Below, piece after piece: positions 45,773 to 54,797 of a DNA stretch of 64,000 nucleotides. Both the position numbers and the translations under genes were made by a program. The notes beneath the pieces were generated by a model. The model was given only the letters and a program-made list of their open reading frames with translations, was not told the origin of the DNA and made no database searches. Source of the DNA: Bdellovibrionota bacterium (GTDB taxonomy: Bacteria; Bdellovibrionota; UBA1018; CAIPTA01; JAALKR01); contig CBDBMJ010000003.1 in the NCBI GenBank assembly GCA_965207455.1, positions 182,489 through 246,488 on the forward strand, given 5' to 3'. Position 1 is the stretch's first letter. Every line of letters begins with the position of its first letter.

Positions 45773-47880
45773 TCCGCTCTCTCTTCCGCAGTCCGCGGTA
45801 CTGGGCGAAAGAAAGAAACCGCTGGTTTGCTCTCTGCTATTTCAATATCACCTATATGTGTTACGGAATATTTTTCTGGTTTAGAATAACAAGCAAATCC
45901 TGGTTTTGAATCACCATGACAAAAGAAAAAATTAAAGTCTTCTGCTAGTTTTTCTCCCTTACTTTTATAGGGGTACTTCTCCTTAAAATTCTTTGGATCA
46001 CAGTAAGCTTCTCTAGATAGTTTTACGGCTAAATCCCATCGCTTTGGAGATTCTTTCTTAGGACAAAGGGTGCTACTTAAATTACCATGGTCTTTTACTT
46101 GAGGATTCCATACGGAAAATTGATATCTTTTGGAAAGCACTCTTTCCTCTGGGGTCATATTTTCCACCCGTTCGCTTTCTCCTTTCTTTCTAGCAAAATT
46201 CCCTTTATATATTTGTTCATAATTTCCCGGTTCTTTCCGTTTCCTAACATTATTTCTAAATACTTTATTATTCTCAAACCTTGTACGATCAGCAATGGTT
46301 CGAAGAGAGTAAATATAATGGCCATTGGACTCACTATCACCTTCTGTTTCCACACTTCGAACCTCGCTATATATTGTTCTAGCCATGGCATCAATTGTAC
46401 GCAAATCTCGGAAAGTCATTTTTTCACCAAGCCTGCATGTTAATTCAGATTCAGCAAGTTTGCTATGAATCTTATCTTTTTTCTTATCCCAATCAGCATA
46501 GACATGCCTGTCATAAGAACTCATATTATGATTACCAATTCCATCCTTAAATTTAATACAAGCACCTGTATTATCTTTTAGAAATTCTTCGTCTTGTTCC
46601 TTCTCAGCTTGGATCAAAGCTTGTGTTGCTTGAGCAACTCCATTATTTGACGATTTTTGTGAACATCCATATACCTCAATATAATGGAGAATTTGATCAG
46701 CCGTCAGTTTCGTGCTGAAACTATTATTCCTGGCTTGTATATTAAAATCTCCAAATTCTCTTAATTGTGCTAACTGTGCTAACTCGGACGAAGTAACTTT
46801 TACATTAAATTTTTTCAATATAGCGCAATATATGGGATTCTTTCCTTCTTCACAAGATATACCTCCTGGACTAAGTTGGGCTGCTTGTTTTTTTGTCGGT
46901 TTTTTTGCTGCTGATTTTGCTTTTAATTGCTCTAGTTCTACTGCTTGTTTTGCCGCTTGTTTCGCTGCTTGTTTTTCTTGTTTTGCTGCTTGTTCTACTG
47001 CTTGCCTTGCCTGTTTTGCTTCCTCTGACTTCAATTGTGCTAGTTTTACTGCTTCTTCCGCCAATAGCCTTTCTTCTTCTTTCTCTCTTAAATCAGCCTC
47101 TGCTTGTGCTAATTCTGCCTCTAATTGCGCCTGTTTTGCTGCCTCTTCCGCTGCTTCTTTTGCGCTTGATCTTCTTGCTTGGCTAAACGGATCGTATTCC
47201 ATGCTTTTTTGCTTTTCTTTCATTTCTGACGTCAATCGTTCTACAGTTCTTTCTATTTTATCTAATTCCAAAGATTTCTGTATGTTAATGTTCCCTAAGC
47301 TGAAATTTCCTGTCCTTTTTTTCCAGGGAGATGCCCATCCCTTTTCAAAAACGATTGTTTTTTCCTCTTCATTCCATGGCTTAAATGTCAATACTCTGTT
47401 GGTATCTCCAGACCTGCCTAGTGAACGTGTGCCTTCAGAAATATAGTAAGGGATAGGGTTTCCGCCCTTCACTGTTGAACGTTTTAATCCTACGATACGA
47501 AGATTTTTCTTCTTGAGCTCTACCCAACCTCGCCTCTTATTTCCCCCATGCTTCATAAAAGTGGCATAAATAAAATTACGACCACGAAATCTCCGTACCA
47601 CTATCTTTTGCTCTCCCCATTCATCGACAGCAATATAGCCTTCGGAAAGCTTCTCGCTAGGCTTGCAAGCAGGGCCTCCTTGAGTTGAATCGCTACACGG
47701 TTTCTTCACACAAGCTTCCAGCTCTTTTGCCGTTAATTTGGGGGAACATTGAGGGTAGTAAACAGGATTACCCACCATACTGTAACTCACATGATCAATT
47801 AGCAGGGTAGTCTCTGCTACCGTGTTAATGGTAAATAAACAAAGAGTTACAGACAAACAGGAAATAAAAACTCTCTTCAT
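45754..47880 (-). CDS. secreted multidomain protein: conserved N-terminal domain of unknown function + Ala/Lys/Gln-rich coiled coil + C-terminal SleB/CwlJ-like cell-wall hydrolase domain
   Basis: 708 aa with signal peptide MKRVFISCLSVTLCLFTINTVA. The coiled coil is AKQAQLEAELAQAEADLREKEEERLLAEEAVKLAQ...AKQAAKQAAKQ. The C-terminal MARTIYSEVRS...RYQFSVWNP resembles the ARvIYaEArgE / GQFSvw motifs of the Hydrolase_2 (SleB) family. The N-terminal roughly 350 aa is paralogous to the IS-disrupted gene at 48104-50823. Confidence 0.55.
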   Translation of the reverse strand: MKRVFISCLSVTLCLFTINTVAETTLLIDHVSYSMVGNPVYYPQCSPKLTAKELEACVKKPCSDSTQGGPACKPSEKLSEGYIAVDEWGEQKIVVRRFRGRNFIYATFMKHGGNKRRGWVELKKKNLRIVGLKRSTVKGGNPIPYYISEGTRSLGRSGDTNRVLTFKPWNEEEKTIVFEKGWASPWKKRTGNFSLGNINIQKSLELDKIERTVERLTSEMKEKQKSMEYDPFSQARRSSAKEAAEEAAKQAQLEAELAQAEADLREKEEERLLAEEAVKLAQLKSEEAKQARQAVEQAAKQEKQAAKQAAKQAVELEQLKAKSAAKKPTKKQAAQLSPGGISCEEGKNPIYCAILKKFNVKVTSSELAQLAQLREFGDFNIQARNNSFSTKLTADQILHYIEVYGCSQKSSNNGVAQATQALIQAEKEQDEEFLKDNTGACIKFKDGIGNHNMSSYDRHVYADWDKKKDKIHSKLAESELTCRLGEKMTFRDLRTIDAMARTIYSEVRSVETEGDSESNGHYIYSLRTIADRTRFENNKVFRNNVRKRKEPGNYEQIYKGNFARKKGESERVENMTPEERVLSKRYQFSVWNPQVKDHGNLSSTLCPKKESPKRWDLAVKLSREAYCDPKNFKEKYPYKSKGEKLAEDFNFFFCHGDSKPGFACYSKPEKYSVTHIGDIEIAESKPAVSFFRPVPRTAEERAECQRKK

Positions 47881-47976
47881 ATTAATAAATTGTACGCTTA
47901 CCCCTTAGATAAAACAACGGGAAGATAATACAAAGGTCTGTTTTTTTGTAACAGGTATTTTTTTTCAAAGTTGATG

Positions 47977-49360
47977 CTATTTATTTTTATCCTCGTCTTT
48001 AATGATTATATATCCTCTCTGATCTAGTTCCCTATCTGTACCTTTCAAAACCTCCCGAGCATTCAAAGATTTTTCCAAGGCAAGCATTGCTTCCATAGTT
48101 GTTCTAAATACAACCAACAGTTCTCGCAAGCGGCGGGTATTCATTTTCCCTGCCTGCATGAATGAGTATACCTGTTCTTGCCTCATTATATCCTTCTCCA
48201 ACATCCATATAAATTCTAGCCTTATTCTTTCCCACATTATGCCTTTCTGTTGGGTCTGCGGGAACAAAATTCCCAATTGGAAATTTTACATTTGCTGGAA
48301 GCGGACCCCTGCCTCCCGGCTTCCATGGATCAACTTTTGCTTTCTTTACCGGAACCCTGTTTGTAGCCTCAAAAATTTCAAATGTACTGTCCGGAAAATA
48401 AATGGTTAATTTACCAACATTAACCAATTCATTCCTATCATCATAAAGTTCACTTCTTTTTTCACCGGTCCTATCAAAAACAGCAATTACTTTTGGATCT
48501 CTTTTACTCGCTTTTTCTAGCGCAACAAGCGGAACACTAAGATCTATCCCTCCCGTTGGAGAGGGCTGTCTTTGACATCCGTTTACCTCAATATAATGGA
48601 GAATTTGATCAACCGTCAGTTCTGCACTAATAATGCTATTCTTATTTTGCATATCAAAATCCATCAGTTTGCTAAGTGCCGGTATTTCAGCAATAGTCAC
48701 TATTAGCTTAAGTTTTTCTTGCTCCAATTCCTCCTGTTCTAATTTCTTTTGTTTCATTTTCTTTAGGTTCTCAACTATCCTGTCTTTTTCCAATATGGCG
48801 CAGTATATGGGATTCTTTCCTCCCTCACAGAATATGCTTTTTGGACTCAACGGAATTTCTTGTTTTGCTGGTAGCTTTAACTCTTTCTTACTTGTCTTCT
48901 TTTTGGGCTGTCTCCAAGGCTGACTTTTCACCAGTTCCTTTTCCAGTTGTACTGTAATTGTTTCCATTTCTTTTAATTCCAAAGATTTCTGATCGGTGAT
49001 TTTTTTGTGCGTGTGGTTTCTTAACCTTTGTTCCCAAGGAGAACGATTAACTTTTTCAAAAACAATTGGTCTTTTTCCCTTATTCCATGGTTCAATCTTT
49101 AATATTTTCTTCTCTCCAGCCCCGCCTAATGGAAGCGTATTTACGGAAATATTGGAAACAATATAGTTTTTTTTTGCTGTTGGATTTTTCACTCCTATTA
49201 GACGAAGAGTTTTCTTCTTGACCTCCACCCAGCCTTTTTTCTTCTCTATGCCTCCTGTATCAGAAAAACCGGCATGAATAAATATTCTACCATCATACAA
49301 TTTTCTCACTTCAAACCCCGGCGCTCCCTTTTCTTGAATAATAATATTACCTTCAGGGTA
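47977..49360 (-). pseudogene. 3' portion of IS630-disrupted paralog; C-terminal YkuD-like L,D-transpeptidase domain interrupted by a 1-nt frameshift at ~48104-48107
   Basis: ORF 48104-49309 encodes a region paralogous to the 45754-47880 N-terminal domain (GWVEVKKKTLRLIGVK, CEGGKNPIYCAIL, VDQILHYIEVNGC). It ends ...GILIHAGRENEYPPLARTVGCI*. Skipping one T lets the 47977-48276 frame continue with RTTMEAMLALEKSL...GTDRELDQRGYIIIK, which completes a YkuD-like HG(T)...SxGCIRM...GTxVxI domain. Confidence 0.55.
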
Positions 49361-50560
49361 ACTAGTGGTCTAACCACTTAATTTTTTCACTTTTCTTGGA
49401 AGCGCAGTGCCGTGGCTTGTCGCATTTTTTGAGCAATCATTAAGACATGAATCCAGTAGAACTGAGTGATAGTGACTTACTCGAAATAAATAATGTTATA
49501 AAAAAAAGCGAAAATAACAGAATAGTTGTAAGGGCCATTGCCCTAAAAATGAAATATCTAAACCATACAAATATGGGTGCGGCAGAGGTTCTGAATATAA
49601 CCCCTAGGACAGTGATTAATATTTGTAGCTACTATAGTAGCGGAAGGAATAGAATCTGCTTTAAACGATGACCCAAGACCAGGGAGGCCAGTAGAAATAG
49701 ATGATAGAATAAAGTCTAAAATTGTTGCAATAGTCTGCAGTGACCCACCTGAAGCTTTTGATCGCTGGACATTGGAACTCATACAAGAGCAAGTAATAAA
49801 AGATGATATCGCTGAAAAAATAAGCAAAGAAAAAATCAGAATAATGCTCCAAGAGCATGATTTAAAACCTTGGAGATATGATATGTGGTGTGTGCCCAAG
49901 TTAGATAAAGAGTTTATCAATAGAATGGAAGATATATTAGATATCTATGAGATGCCTGTAGACGATAATGATCCTATAGTGTGCATTGATGAGAAATCGA
50001 TCCAGTTACTTGATAATAAGCGAGAGGAAAGTTGTACAAAAGAAGGGTCAATTAGAAAAATTGATCATGAATACAAGAGAAATGGAGCAGCAAATATATT
50101 TATGGCGGTAGAACCCAAGAAGGGTATTTTTCATGCCAAGGTTACCGATAATAGGACGGGAAAAGATTTCGCTAAATATCTTTCTCAAATAGAAAGGAAG
50201 TATTCAAATTCTAAAAAAATCATTTTAGTAATGGATAATTTGAATACTCACAAAGAAAAATCATTACTCGATTTCTATGGAACGGATAAGGGGAAAAAGC
50301 TCTGGAAAAGATTTGAAGTGCACTACACGCCAAAGCACGCCAGTTGGTTAAATCAAGCTGAGATCGCAATAGGTATGTACTCACGGCAGTGTCTGGGAAA
50401 AAGAAGAATTGGATCTATCGAAGACCTGAGAAAAAAGACAAATGGTTGGGTCAGTGCAATTAATTCTAAAGAAGTAATAATTAAATGGAAATTTAACAAG
50501 GTCGAAGCTAGGGAAAAATTCAAATATAAAGTGAAAAAATTAAGTGGTTAGACCACTAGT
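49361..50560 (+). mobile_element. IS630-family insertion sequence, 1200 bp, 30-bp perfect terminal inverted repeats ACTAGTGGTCTAACCACTTAATTTTTTCAC, TA target duplication
   Basis: The TIRs read directly at 49361-49390 and 50531-50560. TA flanks lie at 49359-49360 and 50561-50562. Removing the element plus one TA fuses the flanking minus-strand ORF fragments in frame (...KLPEGYPEGNIII...), which matches the paralog (KLSEGYIAV). Confidence 0.85.
49447..50551 (+). CDS. IS630-family DDE transposase (OrfA HTH 49447-49671 and OrfB DDE 49772-50551, joined by a frameshift near 49650)
   Basis: OrfA has an HTH. OrfB carries VCIDEKSIQL, YKRNGAANIFMAVEPKKG, ILVMDNLNTHK and YTPKHASWLNQAEI, the IS630/Tc1 DDE_3 signature. 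The overlapping region encodes LNDDPRPGRPVEIDDRIKSKIVAIVCSDPPEAFDRWTLELIQEQ in the OrfB frame. Confidence 0.85.
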
Positions 50561-50823
50561 TACCCTTCAGGAAGCTTCTCCCCAGCCTTACAGTTGCCGA
50601 CATGTGGGTCTCCAAAAGCACCATCAAGCTGCTGTTCACATGGCCTCCCAAGACAGTCAGCCAATGCTCCTTCCTTTAAGTCAGGCGAACACTTGGGATA
50701 ATAAGTAGTCTCACCTACCACACCGTAGCTCATATAATCAAATAGACCAGCAATAGCTCTTGGATTAGCAAATAAAGCAAGAATTATAAATAAACGAATA
50801 TATAAAAAACCTAGATCAATCAC
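50561..50823 (-). pseudogene. 5' portion (signal peptide + first ~85 codons) of the IS630-disrupted paralog; GTG start coupled to upstream stop
   Basis: MIDLGFLYIRLFIILALFANPRAIAGLFDYMSYGVVGETTYYPKCSPDL...AGEKLPEG aligns to the N-terminus of the 45754-47880 protein (DHVSYSMVGNPVYYPQCSPKL...PSEKLSEG). The stop codon TAA is created by the TA duplication plus the first base of the IS. Confidence 0.7.
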
Positions 50824-52310
50824 TGTGCACTTTTCTTTTTAATTTGTTTGCCGCTTGCTGGTGTCGAGGATCTCTTAACCCTTAACCACCCTGTTTTCCT
50901 CTGACATCTGGGATTGAGATAAGAGTAGCTATCTTTTATTACCTTGTCGGGATACTTTAGAATTTCACTCTTTCTGCTTTTCTCTGTAAGGCCCTTCATA
51001 AGCTTCTTCTTACTTCCAAATGAGAGATCACTCTCATGTATAAATTTCTTAAACTTCTCAAGCGTTTTGTAATTTTTTATTCCCCTTACTATTTTTTGGT
51101 ACTCTCCTATTTCCTTAGCACGTCTTTCTAACGTTTTTTTATTCTTATTTTCTATCCTCTTCTCCACGAGAACCTTAATCTCATCGATAAGCGTGTTCAA
51201 AGAGTCAACACCTTTTTTTAATTTACCACAATAATTATGCGCAAACGAAAATAAGCTTACACCAGCATTATGTGCCCATGTGGCCAATAAAATTGGGAAC
51301 TTCAATTCGACTTCAATTTTGTTTGAGCCCCTACCTATGGAGTATGTTAAGCGCTGATTCTCTGGCTCAAGCCACTCTACTATTTCCCTAGCTGTTTTTC
51401 CAGTATCACCTTTTTTTCTCGTCAATTTCTTAAAATTATTTTGGCAATTACTTAAAAGTTTATTTGCTTCTGCAAGATTTTCCTTAAATTGAAGGGTGCT
51501 GTATAGCATACACAAGTGGGGGTTTTCCAAAAACTGGCACCTGCGATATATGTAGATCACATCTTCAATATCTTTTCTTGACGTTGCACCAACAAATTTG
51601 GGAATCCTATCTGGAAAATTCTCATATCCATGAGATTTTCGAATCTTCTCTCTTGTACTTTTACATTGCTCAGATTTAAATTGCTTACTGAAAGCACTGT
51701 TCTTTTTAAAATAATTATGTGTTTGCCGCACTGAATCGCCAGTGAGCTGCCCCAAGCAAGTAGCACCCCAATCGCTTTGCGCGTTTAGTTTAAGTTTAGA
51801 TTCATGAATAAGTAAAGGCAGCATAGAAAAGTAATCAATACCCACACATTCTCCCACATCCCTTAAAGCTTCCTCAATACTTGCAACATAATTTTTATTA
51901 ATGCAAAATGCTCCTCTTTTCATACTAAGGAGCCTTTTATTTTTCCAACTCACCTCTTGCCTTCTCAATTCCTCCTTGTATATTTTCCCATCGGTTCCTC
52001 TTCTCTCAACGATTTCACCTGAGTCTATGCAGTAAGCATAAAACTTCCCTTTAATACCGACCTTCATAGCTGGCAATAAACAGCTGTAATCCTTACACCG
52101 TTTATCATCCCAGCGAGCAGAATTTTCATCCCAGTGGGCAGAACTTTCATCCCAGCGTTGACTATATTTTTCTATAATATCCTGCTTTTCTTCACATTCG
52201 CCAACATTTAATCTGCACACAGCCAAGCATTCGCTAGGAACAAGCACAGGCAAGCAGAATAATATCAATGTAAAGAAGAGCTTTATTCTGTTCAGATACG
52301 GAGAAATCAT
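50820..52310 (-). CDS. secreted Cys-rich protein with GH23 lytic-transglycosylase (SLT)-like domain
   Basis: 496 aa with a signal peptide. PLLIHESKLKLNAQSDWGATCLGQLTGDS matches the SLT catalytic E-S...N...S..GA.GL(M)Q...G motif, and LLATWAHNAGVSLFS matches the AYNAG motif. The N-terminal WDESSAHWDENSARWDD is encoded by an 18-bp tandem repeat at about 52135-52185. Confidence 0.6.
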   Translation of the reverse strand: MISPYLNRIKLFFTLILFCLPVLVPSECLAVCRLNVGECEEKQDIIEKYSQRWDESSAHWDENSARWDDKRCKDYSCLLPAMKVGIKGKFYAYCIDSGEIVERRGTDGKIYKEELRRQEVSWKNKRLLSMKRGAFCINKNYVASIEEALRDVGECVGIDYFSMLPLLIHESKLKLNAQSDWGATCLGQLTGDSVRQTHNYFKKNSAFSKQFKSEQCKSTREKIRKSHGYENFPDRIPKFVGATSRKDIEDVIYIYRRCQFLENPHLCMLYSTLQFKENLAEANKLLSNCQNNFKKLTRKKGDTGKTAREIVEWLEPENQRLTYSIGRGSNKIEVELKFPILLATWAHNAGVSLFSFAHNYCGKLKKGVDSLNTLIDEIKVLVEKRIENKNKKTLERRAKEIGEYQKIVRGIKNYKTLEKFKKFIHESDLSFGSKKKLMKGLTEKSRKSEILKYPDKVIKDSYSYLNPRCQRKTGWLRVKRSSTPASGKQIKKKSAQ

Positions 52311-52356
52311 TTTTCAAAAACCTCTAAAATTCAAACATAGTGTTTGGTAAAATAAA

Positions 52357-53946
52357 TTAATTGCCACGAGAACCGCCCTTGGCATTGCCTCCAGCACTGC
52401 CCCCTGAGGGGTTAAAACTAAGCCAGCCTATTTTTTCTTGGCATGATTGGGATTGTTTGTCAGCACGCACTGAATCCACATTGCCATAAATGTAATTATC
52501 AGGCTTGAGATATTGATAACCATCCTCTATCGTACTTTCAATATAGCCTAAAATTTCTCTCGTTCTATTTATTTTTCCTTTCACAACCTTCTGAACTCCA
52601 GCATAAGCTTTTTTATTCAAGCTTTTTATGTGATTCATAAATGCTTCAAGTGTTTTGTATTTTTTCAGAATACCTAGCAATTCACTACTCTCGCCATGGG
52701 TTTTCACAATATACTCCTCGGTTGCGCTTCTATCATCCTTTTTTCTTTTTTTCTCTGCAATATCTCGTACTTCATTCTGCACATCATTCTTCACTTTCTT
52801 ACCGCGCCTCAGTGCTCGTACTATTCTGTTGCAGTAGCTATCCACATAGCCAAATAATTCTCCGCCAACATTGTGTGCCCATGTGCCCAATAAAGTTTGT
52901 GCCTTAAGCTCAACATTCGTTTTTTTATTTAAGGAGTATGTAAATTTCTGATCCTCTGGCTTAAGCCAATCTGCTATTTCCTTCGCTTTTTTTCCGCGAA
53001 ACCCGTCAATCTTTTTTTGGCATTTCTTTAAATGAGCGGCTGCCCTGTCGGAATTCTTCTTAAAATAGAGCGTTGAATACAGCAGGCACAAATAAGGGTT
53101 ATCTATAAACGCACATCTAAATCTTGGTTCATCTGTATTGAATTTATGTATTTGATCATTGTCACTCCAATATGTGGGGAAATGTTCGTTTGGAAGAAAT
53201 GGAAAATTTGCATATTCCTCATTTTTTCGAATTTTATCCCTTGTATTTTTACATTCCGAATTCGTACTAAACCTCTGTATAAAATCAGTAGATTTTCTAT
53301 CTGGAACCTTTCCTCTCTTGTTTTCCACAGGAGTTCTCTCTCCAAAATATTTTTTATTCACATCAGCTATTGCAACACCAGTGAGTTGCCCTAGGCAAGA
53401 GGCTCGAGCACCGCTTTGTGCATTCAGACCAATTCTAGACTCATGGATGAGCAATGGCAATATGGAAAAAGGCTCAATGCCCACGCACTTGCCCACTTCT
53501 TTTAAGGCATCCGCAATAACTGCAACATGCTTTTTATCAACACAAGGCTTACTCCTTCTTCTCATTCTGTTAGTCTCTTGGCGCCATTTGCCGGATTTAT
53601 TTTTTTTACAATACGCATACCCACTACCTCTCGTGCTATCCTGCCATCTATTCCTTGGTGCTGATGCAAGGGCAGCCTCCATGGCTGGCAGCAAACAACC
53701 ATAGTTTTCACATTTTTTATTATCCCAACCAGGAGATAATTCATTCACTCTTTCCTGATGTTCGATTACAAGCTTATACCCTGCATGTTCATATATTCTT
53801 TCCTTACCCTTATATTCCTTACACTTTTCCCGTATTGTACAAACACCCGATCCTTCAGCATGAGTAAACACTGATGCGAGCAAATAAATCAGCACTGCGC
53901 TCAACATAAATAAGAGATTTTTTTTATGTATGTGCTGGGAAAACAT
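52357..53946 (-). CDS. secreted Cys-rich protein with GH23 lytic-transglycosylase (SLT)-like domain, tandem paralog
   Basis: 529 aa with a signal peptide. PLLIHESRIGLNAQSGARASCLGQLTG and LLGTWAHNVGGELFGY are present. It is paralogous to the 50820-52310 product across most of its length. Confidence 0.6.
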   Translation of the reverse strand: MFSQHIHKKNLLFMLSAVLIYLLASVFTHAEGSGVCTIREKCKEYKGKERIYEHAGYKLVIEHQERVNELSPGWDNKKCENYGCLLPAMEAALASAPRNRWQDSTRGSGYAYCKKNKSGKWRQETNRMRRRSKPCVDKKHVAVIADALKEVGKCVGIEPFSILPLLIHESRIGLNAQSGARASCLGQLTGVAIADVNKKYFGERTPVENKRGKVPDRKSTDFIQRFSTNSECKNTRDKIRKNEEYANFPFLPNEHFPTYWSDNDQIHKFNTDEPRFRCAFIDNPYLCLLYSTLYFKKNSDRAAAHLKKCQKKIDGFRGKKAKEIADWLKPEDQKFTYSLNKKTNVELKAQTLLGTWAHNVGGELFGYVDSYCNRIVRALRRGKKVKNDVQNEVRDIAEKKRKKDDRSATEEYIVKTHGESSELLGILKKYKTLEAFMNHIKSLNKKAYAGVQKVVKGKINRTREILGYIESTIEDGYQYLKPDNYIYGNVDSVRADKQSQSCQEKIGWLSFNPSGGSAGGNAKGGSRGN

Positions 53947-53949
53947 TTT

Positions 53950-54753
53950 TTAAACGCCCCCGAACTTCAAGCATAGTATCTGACGAACATAATACATGTC
54001 CTCGTAAGAATTTGGAGCACGCTCTGTCCATGGGTACTCCTCTAGTGAGGATTCATACTTTGGATCAAAATTCAAAAGGTAAGCACTTGGATTAAGGCAG
54101 TACTTTTTCTTACTCCATTGAGAAAAGCCCATCGCCTTGAAAGCACGATCATAACTAGAAAATAAATATATTTTCATTTCAACTTCTTTCTCTAATTTTG
54201 CTGATTTTATCTTTCCGTAGTATTTCTCTTTTGCACGAAGGCCCAGTATTTCTCCCTGAATTTCGGAATGAAAATTAGTTATCATTTCTTTTATTTTTTT
54301 CTCGCCCGTCTCGTCACATGGAGCTTGAAATATCTTCTGTGCTATTTTTTTTGTTACAGGCAAATTTATTTTACCCACAATAGCTTCCACTTCCTTTTGT
54401 CTTTTCCGAGCTATTTTTGCTTTTTCTTGCTTTTGCCTTCTTTGGTAAAACTTGGATTTCTTTGAGGACGTTTTTTCGGAGTTTTCTAGCTCACAAAATA
54501 TGTTTTTATATATCTTCTTTAGCTTTTTTGTGGGTTGACTCCCTTGCTCAGCAAGAGATAGCTGGGATGTGGAAAAAAAAGAGCAAAGCAGAAGTATCCA
54601 TATGCACCCTTTCCAAGCAATAAAAAAGTGCCTAAAAATACACGGTAAATACTTATATTGTTGAAGTTGATTGAAAACTTTATTCCTAGCCATTCTTTTC
54701 ATTATATACGGAAAATAACAAAGAAAGAAAAAATTCTCAACCGCTTTAACCAA
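53950..54753 (-). CDS. Lys-rich hypothetical protein with internal hydrophobic segment
   Basis: 267 aa of unknown function. It is tightly packed (4-nt gap) upstream of the lytic-transglycosylase paralogs and 45 nt downstream of tatC. Confidence 0.35.
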   Translation of the reverse strand: MVKAVENFFFLCYFPYIMKRMARNKVFNQLQQYKYLPCIFRHFFIAWKGCIWILLLCSFFSTSQLSLAEQGSQPTKKLKKIYKNIFCELENSEKTSSKKSKFYQRRQKQEKAKIARKRQKEVEAIVGKINLPVTKKIAQKIFQAPCDETGEKKIKEMITNFHSEIQGEILGLRAKEKYYGKIKSAKLEKEVEMKIYLFSSYDRAFKAMGFSQWSKKKYCLNPSAYLLNFDPKYESSLEEYPWTERAPNSYEDMYYVRQILCLKFGGV

Positions 54754-54797
54754 AGGCCCAAAGGCTGCTATGGAACCGCAAACAGGTAAAAAAGACC

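Noticed and set aside
46712-47446. Long Ala/Cys/Leu-rich plus-strand ORFs (244 aa and 97 aa)
   Set aside because: They are antisense to the AKQAAKQ coiled-coil-coding repeat of the 45754-47880 gene. Their low-complexity translation is typical of the reverse strand of GCN-rich repeats.
47977-48276. Independent 99-aa gene
   Set aside because: It is better explained as the out-of-frame continuation of the L,D-transpeptidase-like domain after a 1-nt frameshift.
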